A DNA stretch of 30,740 bases. Source: Candidatus Micrarchaeia archaeon (GTDB lineage: Archaea > Micrarchaeota > Micrarchaeia > Micrarchaeales > CABMGC01). Of the stretch, positions 18,316 through 26,847 are shown in pieces. Numbering within the stretch: position 1 is the stretch's first letter; each line of letters starts with the position of its first letter. Below the pieces are notes generated by a model. It was given only the letters and a program-made list of their open reading frames with translations, made no database searches and was not told where the DNA came from. The DNA is taken from contig JBMFIM010000010.1 of assembly GCA_049976305.1 (NCBI GenBank), positions 1 to 30,740 of the forward strand. Reading direction: 5' to 3'. A program made the translations under genes and the position numbers.

Positions 18316-18870
18316 CTAAAGCCTTGTTGTGGACTCGCCATTGCCAATGGCACTTGCGAATATATGCACAAGCCTCAGAAGGCTTGTTACGTAGCCTACA
18401 AGGCCATGCACGTCTTCCTTTGTCGGGCCTGTTGATAGGAAGTAGAAGCCTGAATCGCTGAACTTCTTAGCTTTTGTGTATATGCGCATTATTGCCTCTT
18501 TCTTTTCCTCTGCTCCTTTGGGCTTGGCAGCGTCTATCGCATTTAGAAGCTCTTGCACGTCAGGTTTCTTCCTAGTTACAGCTATGCATTCTATTCCCAA
18601 AGCCTTCTTTACTTCAAACAAGTCGATATAGTTAAGCCCGCCAAGCATCATGCTTTGAATCGCTACGAGCTTTATCTGCTTGCCAAACCTTGAAGAGCTG
18701 AGCCTGCTTATCAGCCTTTTTGTTGCGTCGTTGCCGTCGTGCTGTATAGTAAAGGAGATTGCGCCTTCTACCATGCCAAGCTTGCCAACTGCACCAATAA
18801 CGAGAACATGCTTGTCTTTTGGCTTAAAGGAAGCGTCATCCAGGGCGAGTATCCTTATTCCGCTCTTCAT
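18316..18870 (-). CDS. DUF99 family protein (endonuclease V-like fold)
   Basis: RILALDDASF, DGNDAT, GGLNYID, AVTRKKPD, LRLVHIFAS. Confidence 0.8.
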   Translation of the reverse strand: MKSGIRILALDDASFKPKDKHVLVIGAVGKLGMVEGAISFTIQHDGNDATKRLISRLSSSRFGKQIKLVAIQSMMLGGLNYIDLFEVKKALGIECIAVTRKKPDVQELLNAIDAAKPKGAEEKKEAIMRIYTKAKKFSDSGFYFLSTGPTKEDVHGLVGYVTSLLRLVHIFASAIGNGESTTRL

Positions 18871-18872
18871 GC

Positions 18873-19136
18873 TTATTTCTCCTTGGCTACAAGGCCTTGA
18901 AGCTCTTTGAGCTCCTTGCTAAGTTCCTCAATTGCCTTCTTGACAGCCTGCTTGGCATTCTTGTCCTTTACTACTAGCCTTGGCTTCCCTACTTGCGGAT
19001 GGTCTAGCTCAACGCTGGCAAACTCAACGCCCATCTCAAAGAGCTTTGCCTTTATAAGTTCTGCAACGCTCCTGTCTATTCCATCAAACTCAATGGCAAA
19101 TGTTTTCCCTTCATCCTGCGTTATTTTTACTTCCAT
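18873..19136 (-). CDS. rpoL: DNA-directed RNA polymerase subunit L (Rpo11)
   Basis: MEVKI..., GVEFAS.ELDHP..GKPRLVV pattern, 87 aa. GAGGAG SD upstream. Confidence 0.82.
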   Translation of the reverse strand: MEVKITQDEGKTFAIEFDGIDRSVAELIKAKLFEMGVEFASVELDHPQVGKPRLVVKDKNAKQAVKKAIEELSKELKELQGLVAKEK

Positions 19137-19302
19137 TTAAACTCCTCGTTATATTTCATTATTTTTCATTATTAATTGAAATGCTGAATATTAAATAACT
19201 ATTTGTGCCGAAATTTCAGCAAAAGCTTTCAAGATTCGAATTGAATTCGCTAAAGTATATAAATGTTTTTTATGCTAAAGATAAAGTTAACAAGGTGTAG
19301 TG

Positions 19303-19719
19303 ATGGTTAGCATAAATGAGGTAAACGCCCAGCAGCTTGTCAAAGCGGTTGCAAAGAAGCTCCAGGAGCAGGCAATGCCAAAGCCGGCATATGTGGGGCT
19401 TGTCAAAAGCGGTGCAGGGAAAGAGCGAGTGCCTTTGCAAGACGACTTCTGGTATGTGCGATCTGCTGCAATTCTAAGGCAGCTTTACTTAAGGGGCCCT
19501 GTAGGCATTTCAAGGCTTAGGACCTATTTCGGCAACAGGAGAAGGCACTTGAGGATCTTCAAGCACCACCACTACAAGGCTGGCGGAAGCCTTATTACTG
19601 ATTCGCTGAATGCGCTTGAGAAGCTTGGGTATGTGGTTAAAACAAAGAAGGGCAGAGCCATAACGCCAAAGGGCAGGTCCCTGCTTGACAAAACCGCAAA
19701 TGAGCTTGTATCTGGCTGA
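19303..19719 (+). CDS. rps19e: 30S ribosomal protein S19e
   Basis: VKSG..KERVP..DDFWYVRSAAILRQLY..GPVG..RLRTYFG, GRAITPKGRSLLD. AGGTG SD (alternative GTG start at 19300). Confidence 0.96.
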   Translation: MVSINEVNAQQLVKAVAKKLQEQAMPKPAYVGLVKSGAGKERVPLQDDFWYVRSAAILRQLYLRGPVGISRLRTYFGNRRRHLRIFKHHHYKAGGSLITDSLNALEKLGYVVKTKKGRAITPKGRSLLDKTANELVSG

Positions 19720-19724
19720 TCAAA

Positions 19725-20036
19725 ATGGCAAATGCTGAAGAAGGCGCAGACGAGAACGAGAGGCTGCAGAAGATTCTCGCAAAGAGGTACAGGGAGCTGC
19801 AAATAGAGGAGCAGAAGAAGGCCGTTGCAAGGCAGCTGCTTGAGCCAGCAGCGTATGAGCGGCTTATGAACATAAGGGTTGCCAACTACGAGCTCTACAA
19901 GCAGCTTCTGGACTTGCTTGTCGCAATGGCTCAGAACAACAAGCTCGGCAGGAAGATAAGCGAGGAGGAATTTAAGCAGCTACTGGTTAGGCTAACAAGC
20001 AAGCCCGAGACCACTATTCATATTCAACACAAGTAG
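19725..20036 (+). CDS. PDCD5-like DNA-binding protein
   Basis: RQLLEPAAYERLMNIR, ISEEEFKQLL. Conserved position after rps19e. Confidence 0.88.
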   Translation: MANAEEGADENERLQKILAKRYRELQIEEQKKAVARQLLEPAAYERLMNIRVANYELYKQLLDLLVAMAQNNKLGRKISEEEFKQLLVRLTSKPETTIHIQHK

Positions 20037-20044
20037 GTGCTATT

Positions 20045-20206
20045 ATGAGCAAAAAGTCTTTGAAAAAGAAGCTTATGCTGGGTAAGAGGCTAAAGCAAAA
20101 CAGAAGGATTCCAGTGCTTGCATTGCTGAGGACGCATAGGCGCATAGCGTTCAACAAGTTCCAGCGAGACTGGCGACACAGAAAGCTGAGATTGCACGTT
20201 GACTAG
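20045..20206 (+). CDS. rpl39e: 50S ribosomal protein L39e (53 aa, missing from the ORF track)
   Basis: Hand translation MSKKSLKKKLMLGKRLKQNRRIPVLALLRTHRRIAFNKFQRDWRHRKLRLHVD. KQNRRIP and RxWR..KL motifs, AGGTG SD, canonical position. Confidence 0.93.
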   Translation: MSKKSLKKKLMLGKRLKQNRRIPVLALLRTHRRIAFNKFQRDWRHRKLRLHVD

Positions 20207-20217
20207 CAGGTGGTTGC

Positions 20218-20769
20218 TTGCAGTCTATGGTAGTCAATTTGGCTAGAAAGCTTAGGGTGCTGCACAAAGGAAACAGGAGAAAGAGGGCTAGCGAATACCT
20301 CAGGCAAGAGCTGGCAAGGTTTGCAAACCTCGACAAGCGCAGCATAAGGATATCTGGCGAAGTAAACAAGCTCTTGCTTAGGGGCAAGCTTTCAGACCTT
20401 AGGAAGCTTGAGATAAGCATAGAGCAGAAAGAAGGGAAGAATTTTGTAATGCTGAAAAAGCAGCAGCCTCCTGCTCCACAAGCTCAGCAGCAGGCAAAAA
20501 CTCAGCAGGAGAATAAGGGCAAGGCAGAAGTCAAGGAAGGCGCAGAGGCGCAGTCAGGCTCGAAGAACGCCAAAGAAGCAGGCAAGGAAAAGAAACATCA
20601 GGCAGGGAACAAAGTCAATGCTGATGCTGCAGGCAGCGCCGGCGCCAAGCCCAACGCCAATGCTAAGCCTGAGAATGCTGGCAAAGCCAGAGCCAGCGCA
20701 AAGCTGGCAGGCCAAGGCGAAAAGCAGCCTGGTGGCAAGGAGGCAAGCGGCGTTGAAAGCAAGGTTTAA
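20218..20769 (+). CDS. rpl31e: 50S ribosomal protein L31e with long Ala/Lys/Gln/Glu-rich C-terminal extension
   Basis: First ~80 aa match the eL31 pattern (RRKRA.EYLR..LARF...IRIS.EVN). Follows rpl39e. AGGTGG SD before TTG (alternative ATG 20227). Confidence 0.78.
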   Translation: MQSMVVNLARKLRVLHKGNRRKRASEYLRQELARFANLDKRSIRISGEVNKLLLRGKLSDLRKLEISIEQKEGKNFVMLKKQQPPAPQAQQQAKTQQENKGKAEVKEGAEAQSGSKNAKEAGKEKKHQAGNKVNADAAGSAGAKPNANAKPENAGKARASAKLAGQGEKQPGGKEASGVESKV

Positions 20770-20798
20770 TTAACTTTCTATATAATTAACTCTCTATA
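20767..20798 (+). repeat. 16-bp tandem duplication TAATTAACT(T/C)TCTATA x2 overlapping the radical SAM promoter
   Basis: 20767-20782 and 20783-20798 differ at one base. The second copy runs into the TATATAAG box. Confidence 0.7.
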
Positions 20799-20826
20799 TA
20801 AGTCTGTTATAAAACATAGTGGGATT

Positions 20827-22515
20827 ATGGCAAAGTATGTCTTAATTTCGGATACTTCGCTAACGGCACCTTTTAGAAATTTCCCTCTTTTGCAGTTCCT
20901 GCCCAGTGCTCCAAATTCTGTGCCGCCTGCGATTTATTACTTTCTTAAGGGCAAGCCTTTCCCTGCCCTTCCAAACGGCGAAGCAAAATACGCCCCTTAC
21001 GCTGTGAGAAAGCTAGAAGCCGCGTTGCTAAAGAGGTTCAAGAGGGAAGACGTTGTAGTGGCGCACCAGGACCATCTTGAGAGGTTCATAACCGACGATA
21101 CTGAGGTTATAGGCGTGTCGACGATGGACCCCTTGGGCCTTGGTCCACTGACAATGTCATACAATGTGCTTCTTGGCCTGAAGGGCAAGCCTTGGGTGCA
21201 AGTAGAGTGGGAAACGCTGATAGAGCGCATAAACAGGGCGAGGAAGGGGAAGAAGGCGAAGCTGCTTGTTGGCGGCCCGGGTGTTTGGGATTTTACCGTA
21301 AGGCCCGAAGAGCTAGAGAATGAGGGCATAGATTACGCTTTCCAAGGAGAAGCAGACGACATTGCTCCGGATCTGTTTGAGCAAGTCGCAAGCGGCAACT
21401 TCGATTCCAACGAGTTCTTCAACGGCTACCTATTCATAGACGACAATTTCAGAAGGACTTTCATTCCGCACAGCAAGTTCCTGGTAAGGAAGCAAATCTA
21501 CAGGACAGCGCCGCCGATAGAGGAGATACCCGAAATTGTAAGGCCCTCTATAATGGGCCTCACCGAAGTCATGCGGGGATGCGGCATAGGGTGCGACTTT
21601 TGTGAGGTCACTCTGAGGCCTTTAAGATATTATCCTGTTGAAAAGATAAGGAAGGAGATAGAGGTAAACGTTGCAGGAGGCATATCAAATGCATGGCTCC
21701 ACAGCGATGAGATATTTGGCTACAAGCACCTCAACGCAAGGTTTGAGCCTAACGAAGACGCGCTTGTAGAGCTTTTCCAGACTGTGATGAGCATACCTGG
21801 CGTTACAAGAACCAATCCGACCCATGCAAGGATCTCAATACCAGCAGCATATCCCGAGCTTATAGAAAAGCTTTCAAAGATAATAAAAGCAGGGCCCGAC
21901 AATTGGATAGGCGTTCAGGTTGGCGTGGAAACAGGAAGCGATAGGCTTGCAATGAGGCACATGCCAAACAAAACCCTGCCTCTAAAGATAGGCCCAGACG
22001 GCACGTGGAAGGAGATAGTATGGCAAGGCACTAGGAACTTCAACAAATACTGGTGGAGGCCTGCATTTACTGTGCAAGTTGGCCAGGCAGAGGAAACAGA
22101 CGAGGACAACTGGGAAACTGTGGCTTTGATAAACCAGCTCAGCAACTCCTATGTTGACGGAAGGCCTTTTGAATTTACAGTAACGCCTATGCAGAACGTG
22201 CCAATGGGGCTCATAAAGAGCAGGGGCTTCACAAACTTGCAGCTTACCCAATCGCAGCTCGCCGTTTACTACGCCAGCTACAGGCACTTGGCAAAGATGG
22301 CGCTGAGGGACGCTAAGACAGAAAGCAAGAGGAACAACCCTATAGCAAGGCTCGGCGTGTTCAGCGTAATAACCTTTGGAGGGCTTCTGGTACTCAAGCT
22401 GATAGAGCGCTTTGCAAAGAAAAGCCATGTTGACATAGACAAGGCCAAGCGCTACGGGCTCTCTTCTGAAACGCAGAAAATAACAGAATACGCTGAGCTC
22501 AAGCAGCTCATATAA
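20827..22515 (+). CDS. B12-binding-type radical SAM protein resembling the GDGT ring synthase (Grs)/GMGT synthase family
   Basis: CxxxCxxC in RGCGIGCDFC. Family-typical blocks APYAVRKLEAAL, STMDPLGLGP, VGGPGVW, GEADD, EIEVN, GVETGS, EETDED. Radical SAM call is secure; subfamily is from recalled motifs. Confidence 0.75.
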   Translation: MAKYVLISDTSLTAPFRNFPLLQFLPSAPNSVPPAIYYFLKGKPFPALPNGEAKYAPYAVRKLEAALLKRFKREDVVVAHQDHLERFITDDTEVIGVSTMDPLGLGPLTMSYNVLLGLKGKPWVQVEWETLIERINRARKGKKAKLLVGGPGVWDFTVRPEELENEGIDYAFQGEADDIAPDLFEQVASGNFDSNEFFNGYLFIDDNFRRTFIPHSKFLVRKQIYRTAPPIEEIPEIVRPSIMGLTEVMRGCGIGCDFCEVTLRPLRYYPVEKIRKEIEVNVAGGISNAWLHSDEIFGYKHLNARFEPNEDALVELFQTVMSIPGVTRTNPTHARISIPAAYPELIEKLSKIIKAGPDNWIGVQVGVETGSDRLAMRHMPNKTLPLKIGPDGTWKEIVWQGTRNFNKYWWRPAFTVQVGQAEETDEDNWETVALINQLSNSYVDGRPFEFTVTPMQNVPMGLIKSRGFTNLQLTQSQLAVYYASYRHLAKMALRDAKTESKRNNPIARLGVFSVITFGGLLVLKLIERFAKKSHVDIDKAKRYGLSSETQKITEYAELKQLI

Positions 22516-22517
22516 CA

Positions 22518-22543
22518 TTTGTCTTTCTTCCTTTTCTCTTTCT
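22518..22543 (+). terminator. T/C-rich archaeal terminator-like tract
   Basis: TTTGTCTTTCTTCCTTTTCTCTTTCT directly after the radical SAM stop codon. Confidence 0.5.
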
Positions 22544-22547
22544 GTAG

Positions 22548-22570
22548 ATTAGTATTAGTATAATGCTAAT
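22548..22570. promoter_or_regulatory. Imperfect palindrome, candidate DtxR-family operator
   Basis: ATTAGTATTA-GTA-TAATGCTAAT (9 of 10 arm positions complementary), just upstream of the TTTAAATA box (22583-22590) of the DtxR gene. TTAG...CTAA ends resemble DtxR boxes. Confidence 0.55.
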
Positions 22571-22614
22571 TTTTTTAGTAATGTTTAAATATCTGAAGAA
22601 CATAAATTAAAACC

Positions 22615-23013
22615 ATGCAGATCACAAAGAAGGAAAGGGAGTGCCTCGTCGCTGTGAAAGAGCTGAGCGCCGAATTTCCGGTCAGGCTGGTAGACCTTGC
22701 GAAAAGGCTTGTAGTAAAGCCTCCAACGGCATTAGGGCTTGTGAGGCGCCTTAAGGAGAAAGGGCTAGTAGTCGAAAACAGAGGAAGCGTCTTGCTTACA
22801 GAAAAGGGCGTGCAGGCATACAGAAACATTATGCTGGCGCACAGAACCTTGGAATATCTGCTTTCGAAGGCAGGCATATCTAAGGAGTGTGCGTGCAAAG
22901 AAGCAAGCAAGATAGATTACCTTGTTGAGCCCTCATATGCAAGGAGGCTTTGGGCTTATCTGGGCAAGCCTGCAAACTGCCCGCACGGCAAGCCCATAAT
23001 AGTGAGGGCGTAG
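22615..23013 (+). CDS. DtxR/MntR-family metal-dependent transcriptional regulator (no FeoA domain)
   Basis: wHTH DLAKRL.VKPPT...L.EKGLV, LTEKG, HRTLE, C-terminal CPHGKPI. Confidence 0.9.
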   Translation: MQITKKERECLVAVKELSAEFPVRLVDLAKRLVVKPPTALGLVRRLKEKGLVVENRGSVLLTEKGVQAYRNIMLAHRTLEYLLSKAGISKECACKEASKIDYLVEPSYARRLWAYLGKPANCPHGKPIIVRA

Positions 23014-23014
23014 C

Positions 23015-24007
23015 ATGAACCTGCTGTTTGTTGCAATAAATCTTTGGAATCCGCAGCATGTGACTTTTTGGCTAGCCCTGCTGCTCTCTTTCCTTCTGGG
23101 CCTTGTCCATGGAGCCACGCCAGATGAGCACACTTGGCCGATAACATTTTCCTATGCTGTGGGCAGCTACAGCACAAGAAAGGGCATGAAAGCTGGGCTC
23201 ATCTTCTCAAGCGGTTTCACGCTTCAGCGTGCATTCCTGTCTGAGCTTGCATACTTTGCCTTAGTGGCGATTTTTACCACATCAGTTGCTTTCGGAATAA
23301 CATATGTGGCAGTAGGAATTGCCATGGCAGCTGCAGGCTACTACCTTTCAAAACGCAGCAAGTACTTGCATTGGCATTACTTTGAGAAAATCCTGGGCCA
23401 GTGGCTTGGAGTACATGAGAAAGGCAGCAGGCAGCAACAACAGGAGTTCGAACACAAGCTTAACCCAATAACTTCCACAGACGCCAAGCCAGAGCTTCGC
23501 GAGGTGCCGCTTAGGCTTGCATTCATTCATGGCCTTATTGCCGGATTCGGCTTTGGTGCCTTTGCTCTAATACTAGTGACCGTCATGGTGCCTGCAATGC
23601 CAAATGCATGGCTTGCCTGGCTTCCTGGTGCGCTCTTCGGCTTGGGCACGATGGTAATGCAGATAATCTTCGGTGCGTTCTTCGGCACATTACTGACAAA
23701 GACAAAGAAGCTTACTCAAGAAGGCGTGGCGTTTGTCTCCAAATACATCAGCAGAAGCGTACTTTTCTACGGTGGCATAGCGTTCGTTGTTGCTGGGTTG
23801 CTTGTTCTTGCATATCCAAACATACTCAACTTTAGCATACAAACGGGCATAAAGATCCACAACCTAGACAGCCTTGACATTGGCTTCTTCCTAGTAATCT
23901 TTGTTGTGGTAGTTATAGGAATAGCAGGCTATGTTCGCGGCATAAAGCTTGCTGAGAAGCTGGGTTATGTCGCCAAGCCGCCCCAATTCAAAGAAGTAAA
24001 AGGTTGA
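23015..24007 (+). CDS. Multi-pass membrane protein, NiCoT/RcnA/UreH-like metal transporter
   Basis: About 7-8 hydrophobic segments. TM1 motif GLVHGATPDEH resembles HAxxPDH; also HGLIAGFG and a His-containing loop. Starts 1 nt after the DtxR stop. Confidence 0.65.
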   Translation: MNLLFVAINLWNPQHVTFWLALLLSFLLGLVHGATPDEHTWPITFSYAVGSYSTRKGMKAGLIFSSGFTLQRAFLSELAYFALVAIFTTSVAFGITYVAVGIAMAAAGYYLSKRSKYLHWHYFEKILGQWLGVHEKGSRQQQQEFEHKLNPITSTDAKPELREVPLRLAFIHGLIAGFGFGAFALILVTVMVPAMPNAWLAWLPGALFGLGTMVMQIIFGAFFGTLLTKTKKLTQEGVAFVSKYISRSVLFYGGIAFVVAGLLVLAYPNILNFSIQTGIKIHNLDSLDIGFFLVIFVVVVIGIAGYVRGIKLAEKLGYVAKPPQFKEVKG

Positions 24008-24044
24008 CTTGCTAAAGCCTCTGTGACTAGCGCTATCGGTTTGT

Positions 24045-25472
24045 TCACTTGGAATCCTGCCCCTTGACAAGCGGGAACGGTATAACCTCCTTTATCGACG
24101 GATTGTCGGTCAAGACCATTGTTATTCTTTCTATTGCAATGCCCATGCCTGCTGTTGGCGGCATGCCATACTCCATGGCTGCCAGGAAGTCGCGGTCGCT
24201 TGGCGGTGCTTCTTCGTCGCCTTTTTTGCGCTCAATTTCCTGCTCCTCGAACCTCTTTCTCTGCTCTATAGGATCGTTAAGCTCAGAATAGCAATTGCCT
24301 ACCTCTATACCACCCATGTAGAACTCGAACCTCTCTGTTAGCTTAGGGTTTCCTCTCTTTACCCTTGTCAGAGGGCTCATGTATACTGGGTAGTCTATGA
24401 CAAACGAAGGCTGAATCAGTTTCGGCTTTATGTATTTGTCTAGGAGCCCGTCAGCCACGTGCGACGCGTTCAATATTGATGTGCTCAGGTTTTCCTGCTT
24501 TGCCACTACCTTCGCCTTTTCATCGTCAAGATCAGCAACGTCTATGCCTGTTTGCTTCTTTATCTCATCAACCCAATAAATCTTTTGGAAAGGTTTGCCG
24601 AAATCCAGTTTTTGGCCTTGGTATGTTATCGTTTCGGTGTTGAATATGTGCTTTACCATCCCCCTAAATAGCTCCTCGGTTAGCTTCATAAAGTCTTCGT
24701 AGTCTTTGTATGCTTGATAAAACTCTACTTGCGTAAATTCTGGGTTGTGCGTCGAGTCGATATCTTCATTCCTGAAGTCTTTAGATACCTCATACACAGC
24801 TTCATATCCACCGATTATGAGTCTTTTAAGATAAAGCTCATCAGCAATTCTCAAGTACATCTTCTGGTTCAAGGCGTTTAGGTGGGTAACAAAAGGCTTT
24901 GCAAAAGCACCGCCATAAGTCGGCTGGAGAACAGGCGTTTCAAACTCTACAAAGCCGCGAGAGTCAAGAAAAGACCTGATGTAGGTTAGGATCTTCGCCC
25001 TTGTTTTGAATATCTCCCTAACCTTTAAGTTAGCGATAAGGTCTAGTGTCCTGTTTCTATATCGCTCTTCCACATCTGTAAGGCCGTGAAATTTCTCTGG
25101 AAGCGATCTGAGGTTCTTTGCGAGTATTGTGGCTTCTTTGCAGCTCACGCTTATTTCCCCTGCATTGCTTTTTGTCACGATTCCTCTAACGCCTATTATG
25201 TCCCCTCTGCTTATTGAATTAATGATTTCTCTCATTTTCTCTGTAAGGTTGCCTCTAAGTATCATTATCTGTATGTCCCCCTTCTCATCTCGCAAATCAA
25301 AGAAGCGGACACCGCCCAAGCTTCTTATTTGCATAATCCTTCCTGCAACCGAAACCTCCTTCCCTTCGAGCTTTTCATAATTGGCTTTTATGTCAACGCT
25401 ATCATGGGTTTTGTCATACCGATAAGGAAAATTGCCCATTTCAGCCAAATTCAAATCATTCGCAACGTTCAT
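24045..25472 (-). CDS. lysS: Lysine--tRNA ligase, class II
   Basis: OB-fold VSVAGRI, LPEKFHGL, RYRNR.LDL, GGAFAKPF.TH.N, LRIADELYLKRL, FRNE.ID.THNPEFT, ERFE, EYGMPPTAGMG. ATG 25472 is 24 nt from a TTTAAAAA box. Confidence 0.96.
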   Translation of the reverse strand: MNVANDLNLAEMGNFPYRYDKTHDSVDIKANYEKLEGKEVSVAGRIMQIRSLGGVRFFDLRDEKGDIQIMILRGNLTEKMREIINSISRGDIIGVRGIVTKSNAGEISVSCKEATILAKNLRSLPEKFHGLTDVEERYRNRTLDLIANLKVREIFKTRAKILTYIRSFLDSRGFVEFETPVLQPTYGGAFAKPFVTHLNALNQKMYLRIADELYLKRLIIGGYEAVYEVSKDFRNEDIDSTHNPEFTQVEFYQAYKDYEDFMKLTEELFRGMVKHIFNTETITYQGQKLDFGKPFQKIYWVDEIKKQTGIDVADLDDEKAKVVAKQENLSTSILNASHVADGLLDKYIKPKLIQPSFVIDYPVYMSPLTRVKRGNPKLTERFEFYMGGIEVGNCYSELNDPIEQRKRFEEQEIERKKGDEEAPPSDRDFLAAMEYGMPPTAGMGIAIERITMVLTDNPSIKEVIPFPLVKGQDSK

Positions 25473-25650
25473 GACTCTTTTATACGATTGCAACCTTTTT
25501 AAATAAGCAAGATTAAAGGTTGAAATCTCTCGAAATAGTGTATGCTAATACCATATTACTGTCTGGGCCTTCTGCCAGCCACTCATAATTTATAAGCAAT
25601 TTCCACAATCATCTTTATTAATTGATTTTGCAATAAAATTTCGTGAGCCT

Positions 25651-26847
25651 GTGAAGGAAAGGAACTTGGCATTGATAGTAATGGACACAATGCGCCTTGA
25701 CGAGTTCAACAGACTGGAGCAGAGGCGCAAATTGTTCTCTTCTCTTGGCTACGTCGCCTTTGTTGACAGTTGCATAGCGCCTTCCCCTTGGACCCTGCCT
25801 TCACATGCTTCAATTTTTACCGGCCTGTACCCAAGCGAGCACGGTGCTCACGAAACAAAGCGCATAAAAGCCTTGGACATTGATCGCATAAGGCTTAAAA
25901 TGCCAACATTTGTTTCAGAGCTAAACGCACTCGGCTACAACACCTATGCCATTTCAGCAAACCCCTACGTAACCCCAATCTATGGCTTTTCCGGCTTTTC
26001 CCGTTTCTACGAGGAATCTTATTTCACAGATATTTTCGGAAGCGTAGTTGAGGTGTCAGACAGGCTTAAGCCACTTGTAGCAAAGTACAGGAACCTGTAT
26101 GGCACAAATCTTCTCAAGATCTCGCTGGCAGTGCTCAATAAGGAGCCGGACCTTTTCCTTGAGCTTCTTGCAAGTGCTTCACTAAGAACGCCTATAGCGG
26201 CATTGAAAAAGATAAAAGCCAAGGTTTTTGAAGGCTGGCCTATAGAGAAAGGGGGCTTCAGAATAGTAAAGAAGATAAAGCAGGAGTCGCTGAAGGAGCC
26301 GTATTTCCTTTTTGTGAACTTGATGGAAGCCCACGAGCCTTATGTGGAGAAGAAGGGAATGGACTTGAACTGGGCCACTCCTTTCCTAAAGAAAGGGCCT
26401 GACCAGAAGGTCATAACTCTTTGGAAGAGGCTCTATGCCAAAGCTGCATCAAAGGCCTACGTCTATGCTGCAGAGATTGCAAAAACACTTCTCAAAACGT
26501 CTGACAACGAGACAATGGTAATAGTGACAAGCGACCACGGCCAAGCTTTTGGCGAGCACGGGTTCGTAGGCCACGGAACTGTGCTTTACGACGAAGTGGT
26601 AAGGGTGCCGCTCGCATTGCTCAGCAATGAGAAGCTGCACAAGACAGGGTCTGGCTACTGCTCGTTAGTAAACCTAAAGGAGTTTGTAATGGCCTATGCG
26701 GCAGGCGAAGAGCCAACACCGAAGCTTTACTCAAAGGCGGTATACGCCCAAAGCTTTGGGGTCCCTGCTAATATACCCATTACTCCTGCAATAGACGTAA
26801 AGAAATTGAGGAAGTTTGACAGAAAGTCTGTGAGAAAGTTTGCCTGA
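25651..26847 (+). CDS. Sulfatase-like hydrolase/transferase (alkaline phosphatase superfamily)
   Basis: DTMRLD, PWTLPSHASIFTGLYP.EHG, NLMEAHEPY, TSDHG..FGEHG..GH...LYDE..RVPL. Confidence 0.87.
   Translation: MKERNLALIVMDTMRLDEFNRLEQRRKLFSSLGYVAFVDSCIAPSPWTLPSHASIFTGLYPSEHGAHETKRIKALDIDRIRLKMPTFVSELNALGYNTYAISANPYVTPIYGFSGFSRFYEESYFTDIFGSVVEVSDRLKPLVAKYRNLYGTNLLKISLAVLNKEPDLFLELLASASLRTPIAALKKIKAKVFEGWPIEKGGFRIVKKIKQESLKEPYFLFVNLMEAHEPYVEKKGMDLNWATPFLKKGPDQKVITLWKRLYAKAASKAYVYAAEIAKTLLKTSDNETMVIVTSDHGQAFGEHGFVGHGTVLYDEVVRVPLALLSNEKLHKTGSGYCSLVNLKEFVMAYAAGEEPTPKLYSKAVYAQSFGVPANIPITPAIDVKKLRKFDRKSVRKFA

Noticed and set aside
10567..22515. AmmeMemoRadiSam system formed by MEMO1 and the radical SAM gene
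   Set aside because: They are ~9 kb apart on opposite strands, no AMMECR1 gene is present, and the radical SAM is not the PFL-activase-like type.
25535..25558. Imperfect inverted repeat between lysS and the sulfatase-like gene
   Set aside because: Too degenerate in AT-rich DNA to call an operator.
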